Source: Candidatus Kapaibacterium sp. (lineage in GTDB: Bacteria; Bacteroidota; Ignavibacteria; Kapaibacteriales; Kapaibacteriaceae). From it: a stretch of 64,000 bases of DNA. The stretch spans positions 1,510 through 65,509 of the forward strand of contig JBGAJM010000012.1 of the NCBI GenBank assembly GCA_044224925.1. Direction: 5' to 3'. Position 1 is the first letter of the stretch. The number at the start of each line of letters is the position of its first letter. The notes below the pieces were generated by a model. That model was given only the letters and a program-made list of their open reading frames with translations. It did no database searches and had not been told where the DNA came from. Of the stretch, positions 51,238 through 60,409 are shown piece by piece. The position numbers and the translations under genes were made by a program.

Positions 51238-54200
51238 ATGTCAGCTTCTACAGGAACAAAACTTTTCAAGGTCGCGAGCACGATCAACATTGGTCGTGAT
51301 GCCATCGTTGAATTCCTTGTTTCGAAAGGCTTCAAGGTCGAGAACAAGGCTACGTCCGTCCTAACGGACGAGATGGTCCACCTTGTGACCGAGAAGTTCT
51401 CCAAAGAACTCAAGCATGCCGAAAAGCAGCGCGAGAAAGTAGAGCGCCAACGAGGCCTCCGCAAGACCTTGCATGAGCAAGGGAACAGTGTGTCCATCGA
51501 GTCCTTCGAAGAGACACATGAAGGCGTGATCCCAGAACAGGCAGCACCAGAAGCTCCCGCCCCAGCGAAGCCGGTCACGGCAGACGCAGAGGTGGTGGCT
51601 CCGACGGTTGCGCCTCCTGCCGACGTGGTGCCCGATGTGGCCCCCGCGCCGATCGCAGCCGAACCCGTGAAGGCAACCGAAGAGCCACCGGCACCTGCTC
51701 CGGCAGAGCCGGAGCGACCAGGTCCGGCCGTTGGAACGGTGATCGACCTGGGTGGACCCAAGAAGCCGAAGGCGGCCGAGGTTCCTCCTGTCGCCCCGCC
51801 TCCTTCTGCCCCTCCCGCACCCGCACCGACCCCGGTCGCTGCCGTGGTGGAAGAACCGGTCGCACCGGTAGCAGAGGTCGTCGTTCCCGAAGCGCCCGTT
51901 GCGGCTGCTCCGGCGGCCGATCCCGAAGCAACGGCCACGGCCGCGGCTCCGGAAGGCACGGCCGACGCGACCGCTCCTGCAGCCGATGCGGCGGAGACCG
52001 AAGAAGGACCCAAGCAAAAGAAGAAACGCAAGGGTGTGATCGAAGTCCAGTACGAGCCGGGCTCGGGCGTGAAGCTCAAGGGTCTGACGGTATTGGGCAA
52101 GATCGACCTCACACCAAAACCACCTCCCCGCTCCCAACAGCCGCAGCAACGCAGCGGTGGTGGCGGTGACCGCCCACAACGTGGCGGTGGTGGACGTGCC
52201 ACGATCGGCGATGCGATCGCAGGATCGTCGGCCGGCGGACTGAACCGTCCAGGTGGCGGATCGTCGACCGGTGGCGGTACATCGACGTCGCGCTTCGGTC
52301 CTCCGAAGAAGCCGGCAACCTCAACAGCAAAGAAGAAGGACGATAAGAAGCGCAAGAACACGAAGGGGATGAAGGAGCAGTTCTCCGACTCCGACGTGAC
52401 ACGCGCCATTCGTGCGACACTTTCCGGCATGGAAGAATCCGGCGGCGGCTCGAAGAAGAAGATGCAGCGCCTGCGCCGTGAGATCCGTGAAGGGAAGGAG
52501 GCCATCCGACAAGAAGAGATGGCGCGCGAGTCGACGATCCTGAAGTTGTCCGAATTCGTGACAACGGCGGACCTCGCCAACCTGATGAACGTGACCGCAC
52601 CCGAGATCATTCTCAAGTGTATGGGTCTCGGTCTGATGGTGTCGATCAATCAGCGACTGGACAAGGACACGATCACACTGATCGCGGGCGACTATGGATA
52701 CCAAGTGGAATTCATGGACGACGTGGCCGTGCAGGACGTGGACGAGGATGAAGATTCAGAAGAGTCGATGCAGCATCGTCCGCCGATCGTGACCATCATG
52801 GGTCACGTCGATCACGGAAAGACATCGCTGCTGGACTACATCCGCAAGGCCAGTGTGGTCGCCGGCGAAGCCGGTGGGATCACGCAGCACATCGGTGCCT
52901 ATCGTGTTGAGCTGCCCGACAAGCGCAGTATCACGTTCCTGGATACGCCGGGTCACGAGGCCTTCACGGCCATGCGTGCTCGCGGTGCACAGGTCACGGA
53001 TATCGTGGTGCTCGTGGTGGCTGCCGACGATAGCGTCATGCCGCAGACGATCGAGGCCATCTCGCACGCACAGGCGGCGAACGTGCCGATGGTCGTGGCC
53101 ATCAACAAGATCGATAAGCCGGATGCAAATCCGGATCGCATCAAGCAAGAACTCTCGACGCACGGCGTGCTCATCGAAGAGTGGGGCGGTAAAACGCAGT
53201 GCATCGAACTGTCGGCCAAAACAGGATTGAATGTCGACACGCTTCTGGAGAAGATCCTTCTCGAAGCCGACATTCTCGAACTCAAGGCCGATCCGGATCG
53301 CAATGCACGCGGTACGGTGATCGAAGCGCACGTCGACAAGGGTCGCGGAAACGTGGTCACCGTCATCGTCCAAAAGGGAACGCTCAAGGTAGGCGACATC
53401 TTCGTCTGCGGTCAGTTCGCCGGACGTGTGCGTGCCATGACCGATGAGCGCGGAAACCGCATGGAAACTGCGGGTCCGTCGATGCCATGTCAGGTGACCG
53501 GCTTCGATGGTCTGCCATACTCCGGCGATATTCTCGTGCAGATGGACACCGATTCGGAAGCGCGCGAAGTCGCAACGAAGCGTCAGCAGCTCCGTCGGGA
53601 ACAGCTCCTCAAGGGAATGCGTCACGTTACACTGGACGATATCTCGGCACAGATCTCTGTTGGCGGCGTGAAGGAATTGCGTCTCGTGGTCAAGGGCGAC
53701 GTGAGCGGTTCAGTGGAAGCACTGTCCGACTCGCTGCAAAAGCTCTCCACGGCAGAGGTCAAGGTTCGCATCCTGTATGCAGCCGTTGGTCCGATCACCG
53801 AGAGCGACATCATGTTGGCATCGGCATCCGACGCCATCGTGGTCGGCTTCCAGGTGAACGTGTCCACACAAGCACGCAAGATCGCCGAGGCCGAATCGGT
53901 CGAACTCCGACTGTATTCGATCATCTACGACTGTATCAACGAAGTTCAAGCCGCCCTCGAAGGACTGCTCTCGCCGGATCTCAAGGAAGAGATCACGGCA
54001 ACAGTGGAAGTACGCGCCATCTTCAAGATCAGCAAGCTTGGTACCATTGCAGGTTGCTATGTCACCAACGGTAAGATCACACGGAACGATAAGGTGCGCC
54101 TCCTTCGCGATGGCTTCGAGATCTATAAGGGAACACTCGCGTCCCTCAAGCGCGTCAAGGACGACGTGCGCGAGGTGGACACCGGTTACGAGTGCGGTAT

Positions 54201-54285
54201 TGGTGTGAACGGCTTCAACGACCTTGAAGTTGGCGACATCATCGAATCGTACAAGACCGTCGAGATCAAACGCAAACTCACCTGA
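51238..54285 (+). CDS. infB: Translation initiation factor IF-2
   Basis: MGHVDHGKTSLLD, DTPGHEAF and NKID motifs, with a long Pro/Ala-rich N-terminal linker. Confidence 0.98.
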   Translation: MSASTGTKLFKVASTINIGRDAIVEFLVSKGFKVENKATSVLTDEMVHLVTEKFSKELKHAEKQREKVERQRGLRKTLHEQGNSVSIESFEETHEGVIPEQAAPEAPAPAKPVTADAEVVAPTVAPPADVVPDVAPAPIAAEPVKATEEPPAPAPAEPERPGPAVGTVIDLGGPKKPKAAEVPPVAPPPSAPPAPAPTPVAAVVEEPVAPVAEVVVPEAPVAAAPAADPEATATAAAPEGTADATAPAADAAETEEGPKQKKKRKGVIEVQYEPGSGVKLKGLTVLGKIDLTPKPPPRSQQPQQRSGGGGDRPQRGGGGRATIGDAIAGSSAGGLNRPGGGSSTGGGTSTSRFGPPKKPATSTAKKKDDKKRKNTKGMKEQFSDSDVTRAIRATLSGMEESGGGSKKKMQRLRREIREGKEAIRQEEMARESTILKLSEFVTTADLANLMNVTAPEIILKCMGLGLMVSINQRLDKDTITLIAGDYGYQVEFMDDVAVQDVDEDEDSEESMQHRPPIVTIMGHVDHGKTSLLDYIRKASVVAGEAGGITQHIGAYRVELPDKRSITFLDTPGHEAFTAMRARGAQVTDIVVLVVAADDSVMPQTIEAISHAQAANVPMVVAINKIDKPDANPDRIKQELSTHGVLIEEWGGKTQCIELSAKTGLNVDTLLEKILLEADILELKADPDRNARGTVIEAHVDKGRGNVVTVIVQKGTLKVGDIFVCGQFAGRVRAMTDERGNRMETAGPSMPCQVTGFDGLPYSGDILVQMDTDSEAREVATKRQQLRREQLLKGMRHVTLDDISAQISVGGVKELRLVVKGDVSGSVEALSDSLQKLSTAEVKVRILYAAVGPITESDIMLASASDAIVVGFQVNVSTQARKIAEAESVELRLYSIIYDCINEVQAALEGLLSPDLKEEITATVEVRAIFKISKLGTIAGCYVTNGKITRNDKVRLLRDGFEIYKGTLASLKRVKDDVREVDTGYECGIGVNGFNDLEVGDIIESYKTVEIKRKLT

Positions 54286-54309
54286 TAGCATTGCTATCGG
54301 GAGGAACAC

Positions 54310-54702
54310 GTGTCAATACGAACAGAACGGGTCGCCGGCGAGATCACAAAAGCGCTGGCGAGTCCTTTGAAAACCATCGCCGATGATCTTTCGGCAGGCT
54401 TCATCACCGTCACGGAAGTGCGGATGTCGCCGGACCTTCAACTCGCGCGGGTCTATATCAGCGTGTTCGGAGGAAAGGTAACGCCTACCGAAGTGGTGTC
54501 GTACATCGAAGAGCACGAGGCAGGCCGTGTGCGCTCGCACATCGCCCGCACGTTGAATCTGCGATACACACCGCAGTTGCGCTTCTACGTGGATGATTCG
54601 CTGGATCGCGCACAACGCATCCATGAACTCATCGATCGCGTGAAGCCGGCTGACGAACTTCCTGCTGAAGAGGGGTCTGTTCCCGGAGATGATCATGAGT
54701 GA
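54310..54702 (+). CDS. rbfA: Ribosome-binding factor A
   Basis: TVTEVRMSPDLQLARVY and LRYTPQLRFYVDDS motifs. Confidence 0.95.
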   Translation: MSIRTERVAGEITKALASPLKTIADDLSAGFITVTEVRMSPDLQLARVYISVFGGKVTPTEVVSYIEEHEAGRVRSHIARTLNLRYTPQLRFYVDDSLDRAQRIHELIDRVKPADELPAEEGSVPGDDHE

Positions 54703-55438
54703 TCACGTCGTTCTGTCAACCCGAACGATCGGCGACATGGCAACGTGGTTGGAAGAAGCTCGCACCAACGGTGCCGTTGCGCTCATTGACAAAGAAGAGA
54801 ATTGGACGTCGTTCGACTGCGTTGCCAAGCTTCGCGGTCGCACGAAGATCAAGAAGGTCGGTCATGCCGGCACGCTCGATCCACTGGCCACCGGCCTGTT
54901 GATCCTGTGTTTCGGAAAGGCCACGAAGAGCATCGAGTCGTTTCAGGACGCCGAGAAAGCGTACGACGTGACGATCAAGCTCGGTGCGACAACGGCCACG
55001 GACGACCGCGGCAGCGACGAAGTGGTGGTGACACCTTCCGTCGACGTCGACACGGACACCATCCTTGCCGCCCTCCGAACTTTTGTCGGGACCATTCAAC
55101 AGGTTCCGCCTGCGTTCGCCGCGGTTCGACATGGTGGCCGACGTCAGTACGACCTTGCCCGCAATGGCGAGGCCTTCACGCCGAAGCCCCGCGTGGTCAC
55201 GATCCATAGCATCACCGATGTTGTTGTGGATCTTCCCTACGTGACGTGCACCGTGCACTGCTCGAAAGGAACGTACATCCGTTCCATCGCGCGAGATCTT
55301 GGTGCCTTGCTTGGTTGCGGCGGCTATGCGTACGCACTACGTCGAACACGCATTGGCGCCTATTCCGTGGACGATGCCGTCCGCGTTGAACAGGTTGGCG
55401 AGGCAGTGAACGCACTCAACGTGGTAGCGGTGGTATGA
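54695..55438 (+). CDS. truB: tRNA pseudouridine(55) synthase
   Basis: KVGHAGTLDPLATG and CSKGTYIRS motifs. Confidence 0.96.
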   Translation: MSDHVVLSTRTIGDMATWLEEARTNGAVALIDKEENWTSFDCVAKLRGRTKIKKVGHAGTLDPLATGLLILCFGKATKSIESFQDAEKAYDVTIKLGATTATDDRGSDEVVVTPSVDVDTDTILAALRTFVGTIQQVPPAFAAVRHGGRRQYDLARNGEAFTPKPRVVTIHSITDVVVDLPYVTCTVHCSKGTYIRSIARDLGALLGCGGYAYALRRTRIGAYSVDDAVRVEQVGEAVNALNVVAVV

Positions 55439-56373
55439 CGATCATTCGCGACAACGACGCAGTAACGTTCGACGAACGCACGGCCATTACGGTCGGCACG
55501 TTCGACGGTGTGCACTGCGGACATCAAGGTATCCTGCATCGCATGCGTTCCGTTGCCGACGCGCACGGAGAGCGAACGGTGGTGGTCACCTTCGATCCGC
55601 ATCCGCAGATCGTGTTGGCGAAGGCGGGACGGGAACCGGTGGAGTTGCTCACCACGATCGACGAACGGTGTGCACTGCTCGCCGCTCAAGGTGTGGATGT
55701 CACGGTCATCGTCACGTTCACGAAGGAGTTCGCTGCCACAGAGGCAGAGACCTTCGTGCGAGAGTTGATCGCCCGCATTGGCGCACGGCATTTCTTCATT
55801 GGTCACGATCACATGTTCGGAAAAGATCGTGGCGGCAATGAAGAGCTGCTGAAGCGCTTGGGACCGCAGCTCGGATTCGAGCTCGAGACCGTCGGACCAT
55901 TGGACTGCAACGGCATCACCGTGAGCAGCACGAAGATCCGGCAAGCGTTGAAGGGTGGCGAGGTGGACGCGGCACATCGAATGCTCGGCAGACCGTACTC
56001 GATCTCGGGGACGGTGGTTCGCGGAGACGGACGTGGCGCCAAACTTGGAATTCCGACGGCAAACATCGAGCCAACGGATGAGCACCGGTTGATACCAGGC
56101 AATGGTGTCTACTTGGTACGAAGCACATTGCAGGGTACGCAGGTGTGGGGAATGGCCAACATTGGCCGACGCCCCACCTTCACAGACGGACGGACGACGA
56201 CGATCGAGGTCCACTATCTGGACTTCGATGGAATGTTGTACGACCAAACCGTGACGATAGAGTTCATGAACTTCATTCGTCACGAACAACGATTTGAAAG
56301 CATCGACATGTTCCTCTCGCAATTGCGCGAGGATCGCATGGAATGTCTTGAACTCATTGCATCGATCACGTAA
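55435..56373 (+). CDS. ribF: Bifunctional riboflavin kinase / FAD synthetase
   Basis: GTFDGVHCGH, VSSTKIR and GIPTAN motifs. Confidence 0.96.
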   Translation: MTIIRDNDAVTFDERTAITVGTFDGVHCGHQGILHRMRSVADAHGERTVVVTFDPHPQIVLAKAGREPVELLTTIDERCALLAAQGVDVTVIVTFTKEFAATEAETFVRELIARIGARHFFIGHDHMFGKDRGGNEELLKRLGPQLGFELETVGPLDCNGITVSSTKIRQALKGGEVDAAHRMLGRPYSISGTVVRGDGRGAKLGIPTANIEPTDEHRLIPGNGVYLVRSTLQGTQVWGMANIGRRPTFTDGRTTTIEVHYLDFDGMLYDQTVTIEFMNFIRHEQRFESIDMFLSQLREDRMECLELIASIT

Positions 56374-56405
56374 CTCAAACTCAACATCATCAATTCGGGA
56401 TTCTT

Positions 56406-56672
56406 ATGATCTCCAAACAACGCAAAGCTGAGATCATTCAGCAGTTCGGTGGCGCGGCAACGAACACGGGCCTTCCGGAAGTTCAGATCGCCTTGCTCAC
56501 GGAGCACATCAACACGCTCTCATCGCATTTCGCTATGCACAAGAAGGACCATGCCGGCCGTCGCGGACTGATCCAATTGGTAAGCAAGCGGAAGAACCTG
56601 CTGTCGTACCTGGCCAAGAACGATGTGAATCGCTACCGCGCCATCCTCGCAGCTCTGGGTCTTCGTAAGTAA
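56406..56672 (+). CDS. rpsO: 30S ribosomal protein S15
   Basis: TGLPEVQIALLT, HKKDH and C-terminal LGLRK. Confidence 0.97.
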   Translation: MISKQRKAEIIQQFGGAATNTGLPEVQIALLTEHINTLSSHFAMHKKDHAGRRGLIQLVSKRKNLLSYLAKNDVNRYRAILAALGLRK

Positions 56673-56681
56673 ACTGTTCCC

Positions 56682-56711
56682 GAACAACGGCGCCCTATGG
56701 CGCCGTTGTTC
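56682..56711 (+). terminator. Hairpin after rpsO (terminator or stability element)
   Basis: GAACAACGGCGCC-CTAT-GGCGCCGTTGTTC forms a perfect 13-bp stem with only a weak U-tract. Confidence 0.7.
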
Positions 56712-56720
56712 ATTCTACCA

Positions 56721-56848
56721 CAGAAGGCGCATCGCGCATCATGCCCAGCGTTGTGTCACTCTGAGTTCGCAGACCGGAACGTCTGCGTACTCAGGGTGAC
56801 AACCATGAACACAACCTGCACGGCCTTCTGTTGGATCGTGGCATGATG
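56721..56848 (+). promoter_or_regulatory. Structured pnp 5' leader (long stem-loop, candidate RNase III site)
   Basis: 56750-56774 pairs with 56781-56803. Outer CAGAAGGC (56721) pairs with GCCTTCTG (56823). Alternative CATCATGCC (56737) pairs with GGCATGATG (56840). Confidence 0.6.
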
Positions 56849-56881
56849 CCAATGAATTCATCACAGTCTCAAGGACATGCC

Positions 56882-59143
56882 ATGCATGTTGTTCGCAAGA
56901 CCATCAATGGAAAAGAACTCTCCATTGAAACAGGTCGCTTTGCCAAACTCGCCGACGCATCCGTAATGGTGCGCTACGGCGACACCATGGTTCTCGTCAC
57001 GGTATGTGCCGCCGCTGAACCCAAGCCCGATATCGACTTCCTTCCGCTTACCTGCGAGTATCGCGAAAAGCATGCTTCTGCAGGAAAGATCCCAGGCGGT
57101 TTCTTCCGTCGCGAAGGAAAGCCAACGGATAAAGAAGTACTCTCATCCCGCCTGATCGATCGTCCATGCCGCCCGATGTTCCCGAAGGAATGGCGCTGCG
57201 ACACACAGATCATCGCCACCGTGTATTCGTACGACAAGGAAAACGATTCCGATGTGTTGGCCGCCACGGGTGCATCTGCTGCGCTGATGCTCAGCAATGT
57301 TCCGTTCAACGGACCGATCTCGGAAGTGCGTGTTGGCCGCGTGAATGGCGAGTTCATCGTGAACCCGTCGCATGCAGAGCTGGCCGAGTCCGACCTCGAG
57401 ATCCTCGTTGCCGGTTCGGATACATCCATCGTGATGGTAGAAGGTTCGTCGCTGGAGATCAGCGAGGCCGACTTCGTTGCGGGGATGGAATTCGCCCACA
57501 ACTGGATCCGCGAAATGAATGCTCTCCAACGTGAGTTGGCCGCACTCGTTGGCGCACCGCCGAAGCGTGAATTGGTGAAGGCAGAACTCCCGGAAGAGTT
57601 CGTTGCTGCCGTCAAGAACGCCGTGGTCGACAAGATCCGCACGAGCATTCGCGTCGAGTCCACCAAGGACCAACGCAATGCCCTGCGCAAGGAAGTACGT
57701 CAACTGGCCATCGACGCCGTTACACCGATCGTTGCTGCCAACGAGGCACTTGCCACGATCAAGGTCGACAAAACGGTCGACGGACTGCTCAAGAAGATCG
57801 AAGCGTATGAAATGCGCGAGATGATCTTGAACGAAGGACGTCGTCTCGACGGTCGTAGCACCACGCAGATCCGTCCGATCACGTGCGAAGTGGAGGTCCT
57901 CCCCCGCACGCACGGTTCGGCACTGTTCACACGCGGTGAAACACAGTCGCTCACAACGGTCACGTTGGGCACGAAGCGCGACATGCAATTGGTCGACGGA
58001 CTCTTGCCAACGTATGAGCGCCGTTACATGCTGCACTATAACTTCCCGCCATTCTCCACCGGAGAAACGGGACGGTTCGGATTCACGAGCCGTCGTGAAG
58101 TGGGTCACGGCGATCTTGCCGAGCGCGCCCTCGAATGCTTCATCCCGGATGAAGAAGAGTTCCCGTATACGATCCGCGTGGTCTCGGACATTCTCGAGTC
58201 GAACGGCTCGTCGTCCATGGCCACGGTCTGCGCCGGTTCGCTTGCACTCATGCAAGCCGGTGTTCCACTGAAGAAGGCTTGCGCCGGTATCGCCATGGGC
58301 TTGATCTATGAGAACGAGCGCGTGGCGGTGTTGAGCGATATCCTTGGTGACGAGGACTTCCTTGGCGACATGGACTTCAAGGTGACAGGATCGGTCGACG
58401 GGATCACAGCCTGCCAAATGGACATCAAGATCGAAGGACTGAGCGTCGACATCATGCGTACGGCTCTCGAGCAAGCACGTCAAGGTCGCTTGCACATCCT
58501 TGGCATCATGAACGAAACACTGGCAACGAATCGCACGGAACTCTCGGCCTATGCTCCGAAGCTCACGACCATTCAGATCCCAACAGAAATGATCGGTCTC
58601 GTGATCGGTTCCGGCGGCGAGACCATTCGTGGTATCGTCAAGGACACCGGCGCAGAGATCAACATCGCCGACGATGGGACGATCACCATTGCTGCCGTGG
58701 ATGGCGAGAGCGCCGAGAAGGCCATCGAGCGTATCCGTTCGCTTACGCGTCCGGTTGAACTCGGTGCCACCTACACCGGAACGGTCAAGGAGATCCGCGA
58801 AGGTCTTGGTGCCTTTGTCGAGATCCTGCCCAAGAAGCAAGGTCTGCTCCACATCTCGCAGCTCGACTACCGTCGCGTTGCCACAGTGGCCGAGATCCTG
58901 AAGGTGGGCGATGTGCTCGACGTGAAGCTCATCGAGATCCAGCCTGACGGAAAGTTCCGCCTGAGCCGCAAGGCCCTGATGACGCCTCCGGAAGGATACG
59001 TCGAAGAGGAACGTCGCGAGCGTCCGCAAGGCGATCGTGGCGGATACGGCGACCGTGGCGGATACGGTGACCGTGATCGCGGTCCACGTCGCGACGACCG
59101 TGGCGGACACGGCGATCGTGGTCGCGGCCCACGTCGCGACTAA
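56882..59143 (+). CDS. pnp: Polyribonucleotide nucleotidyltransferase
   Basis: GKIPGGFFRREG, HGSALFTRGETQ, ESNGSSSMA and GDMDFKV motifs, plus KH and S1 domains. Confidence 0.98.
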   Translation: MHVVRKTINGKELSIETGRFAKLADASVMVRYGDTMVLVTVCAAAEPKPDIDFLPLTCEYREKHASAGKIPGGFFRREGKPTDKEVLSSRLIDRPCRPMFPKEWRCDTQIIATVYSYDKENDSDVLAATGASAALMLSNVPFNGPISEVRVGRVNGEFIVNPSHAELAESDLEILVAGSDTSIVMVEGSSLEISEADFVAGMEFAHNWIREMNALQRELAALVGAPPKRELVKAELPEEFVAAVKNAVVDKIRTSIRVESTKDQRNALRKEVRQLAIDAVTPIVAANEALATIKVDKTVDGLLKKIEAYEMREMILNEGRRLDGRSTTQIRPITCEVEVLPRTHGSALFTRGETQSLTTVTLGTKRDMQLVDGLLPTYERRYMLHYNFPPFSTGETGRFGFTSRREVGHGDLAERALECFIPDEEEFPYTIRVVSDILESNGSSSMATVCAGSLALMQAGVPLKKACAGIAMGLIYENERVAVLSDILGDEDFLGDMDFKVTGSVDGITACQMDIKIEGLSVDIMRTALEQARQGRLHILGIMNETLATNRTELSAYAPKLTTIQIPTEMIGLVIGSGGETIRGIVKDTGAEINIADDGTITIAAVDGESAEKAIERIRSLTRPVELGATYTGTVKEIREGLGAFVEILPKKQGLLHISQLDYRRVATVAEILKVGDVLDVKLIEIQPDGKFRLSRKALMTPPEGYVEEERRERPQGDRGGYGDRGGYGDRDRGPRRDDRGGHGDRGRGPRRD

Positions 59144-59169
59144 GCCACCACCAACCACACCGACTCAAC

Positions 59170-59206
59170 AAGGGGACGTACTTCACTGTGCGTCCCCTTT
59201 GTCTTT
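59170..59206 (+). terminator. Intrinsic terminator after pnp
   Basis: AAGGGGACGTAC-TTCACT-GTGCGTCCCCTT followed by TGTCTTT. Confidence 0.78.
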
Positions 59207-59224
59207 CCCTCGTATCTTCGACGT

Positions 59225-60409
59225 ATGCAGGAACGGGGTCGCATACTATCCATCGATATACTTCGGGGTCTGGTCATGGTCATCATGGCCCTGGACCATA
59301 CGCGCGACTACTTCAATGTGAACGCCATCTCGGGTCAAGATCCACTCGACCTTGCCACCACCACACCCTTGATCTTCTTCACGCGATGGATCACGCATTT
59401 CTGCGCTCCGATCTTCGTTCTCCTCTCCGGCCTTTCCGCCTTCCTTGTTGTGGATCGTACGTCGAAGAAAGGCGCGGCCGCGCTCTTCCTTGTGAAGCGA
59501 GGACTGTGGCTGATCGTGGCCGAGGTCACCATCGTGTCCATCGGGTGGAGCTTTAGTTTTGCCTGGCCATTCACGATGTTCCAAGTGATCTGGGCCATCG
59601 GCATGAGCATGATCCTCCTTGCCGCCGTGGTCCATCTTCCGGTGCGATGGGTGTGTGTGCTCGGTGTTGCCATCATCGTCGGACATAATGCGCTCGATGG
59701 GATCACCACACAGCCCGAGTGGCCACTGTGGTTGCAAGTTGGTTGGTCGTTGCTGCATGAGTCGAATGTGTTCAAGCCCGACGATGTGCACGTGATCGCC
59801 ATCGGCTATCCGGTGCTTCCATGGTTCGGTGTGATGTTGGTCGGGTATTCGCTTGGCGCACTGTACCGGTCGAATGTGACGGCGCAAGCACGTCATGCCT
59901 TGCTCGGTCAGATCGGCGTGACGGCCATTGCGGTCTTCATGGTGATGCGATTGATCAACGGCTATGGCGACATGCATCATTGGTCGTCGCAGTCAACAGA
60001 GATCCGCACCATCATGTCGTTCCTCGACTGCACGAAGTATCCGCCATCGCTGTTGTATACGTGCATGACGATCGGTCCGGGCCTGCTGATCCTTGCGTCG
60101 GCGGAACGGTGGACGTCGCCATTGTCGCGCATGATGATCACCTTCGGTCGCGTGCCCTTCTTCTACTACCTCGCCCACATCTATCTCATCCACACGCTTG
60201 CATGGATCACAGCACTCGCCGTTGGCACCGCATGGTCCGCTCTCGATCCCACCGCCACGTTCGGCGGCATGCCCATTGGCTTTGGATTCGAGATCGAATG
60301 GGTGTATGTGTTCTGGATCTCGGTGGTGTTGCTTCTGTATCCGGCCTGTCGGTGGTACGACGTGTACAAGACATCGCACAAGCACATCACATGGTTGCGA
60401 TATCTGTGA
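59225..60409 (+). CDS. DUF1624 membrane protein (HGSNAT-like)
   Basis: RILSIDILRGLVMVIMALDHTRD, FFTRWITHFCAP and KYPPSL motifs. Confidence 0.88.
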   Translation: MQERGRILSIDILRGLVMVIMALDHTRDYFNVNAISGQDPLDLATTTPLIFFTRWITHFCAPIFVLLSGLSAFLVVDRTSKKGAAALFLVKRGLWLIVAEVTIVSIGWSFSFAWPFTMFQVIWAIGMSMILLAAVVHLPVRWVCVLGVAIIVGHNALDGITTQPEWPLWLQVGWSLLHESNVFKPDDVHVIAIGYPVLPWFGVMLVGYSLGALYRSNVTAQARHALLGQIGVTAIAVFMVMRLINGYGDMHHWSSQSTEIRTIMSFLDCTKYPPSLLYTCMTIGPGLLILASAERWTSPLSRMMITFGRVPFFYYLAHIYLIHTLAWITALAVGTAWSALDPTATFGGMPIGFGFEIEWVYVFWISVVLLLYPACRWYDVYKTSHKHITWLRYL

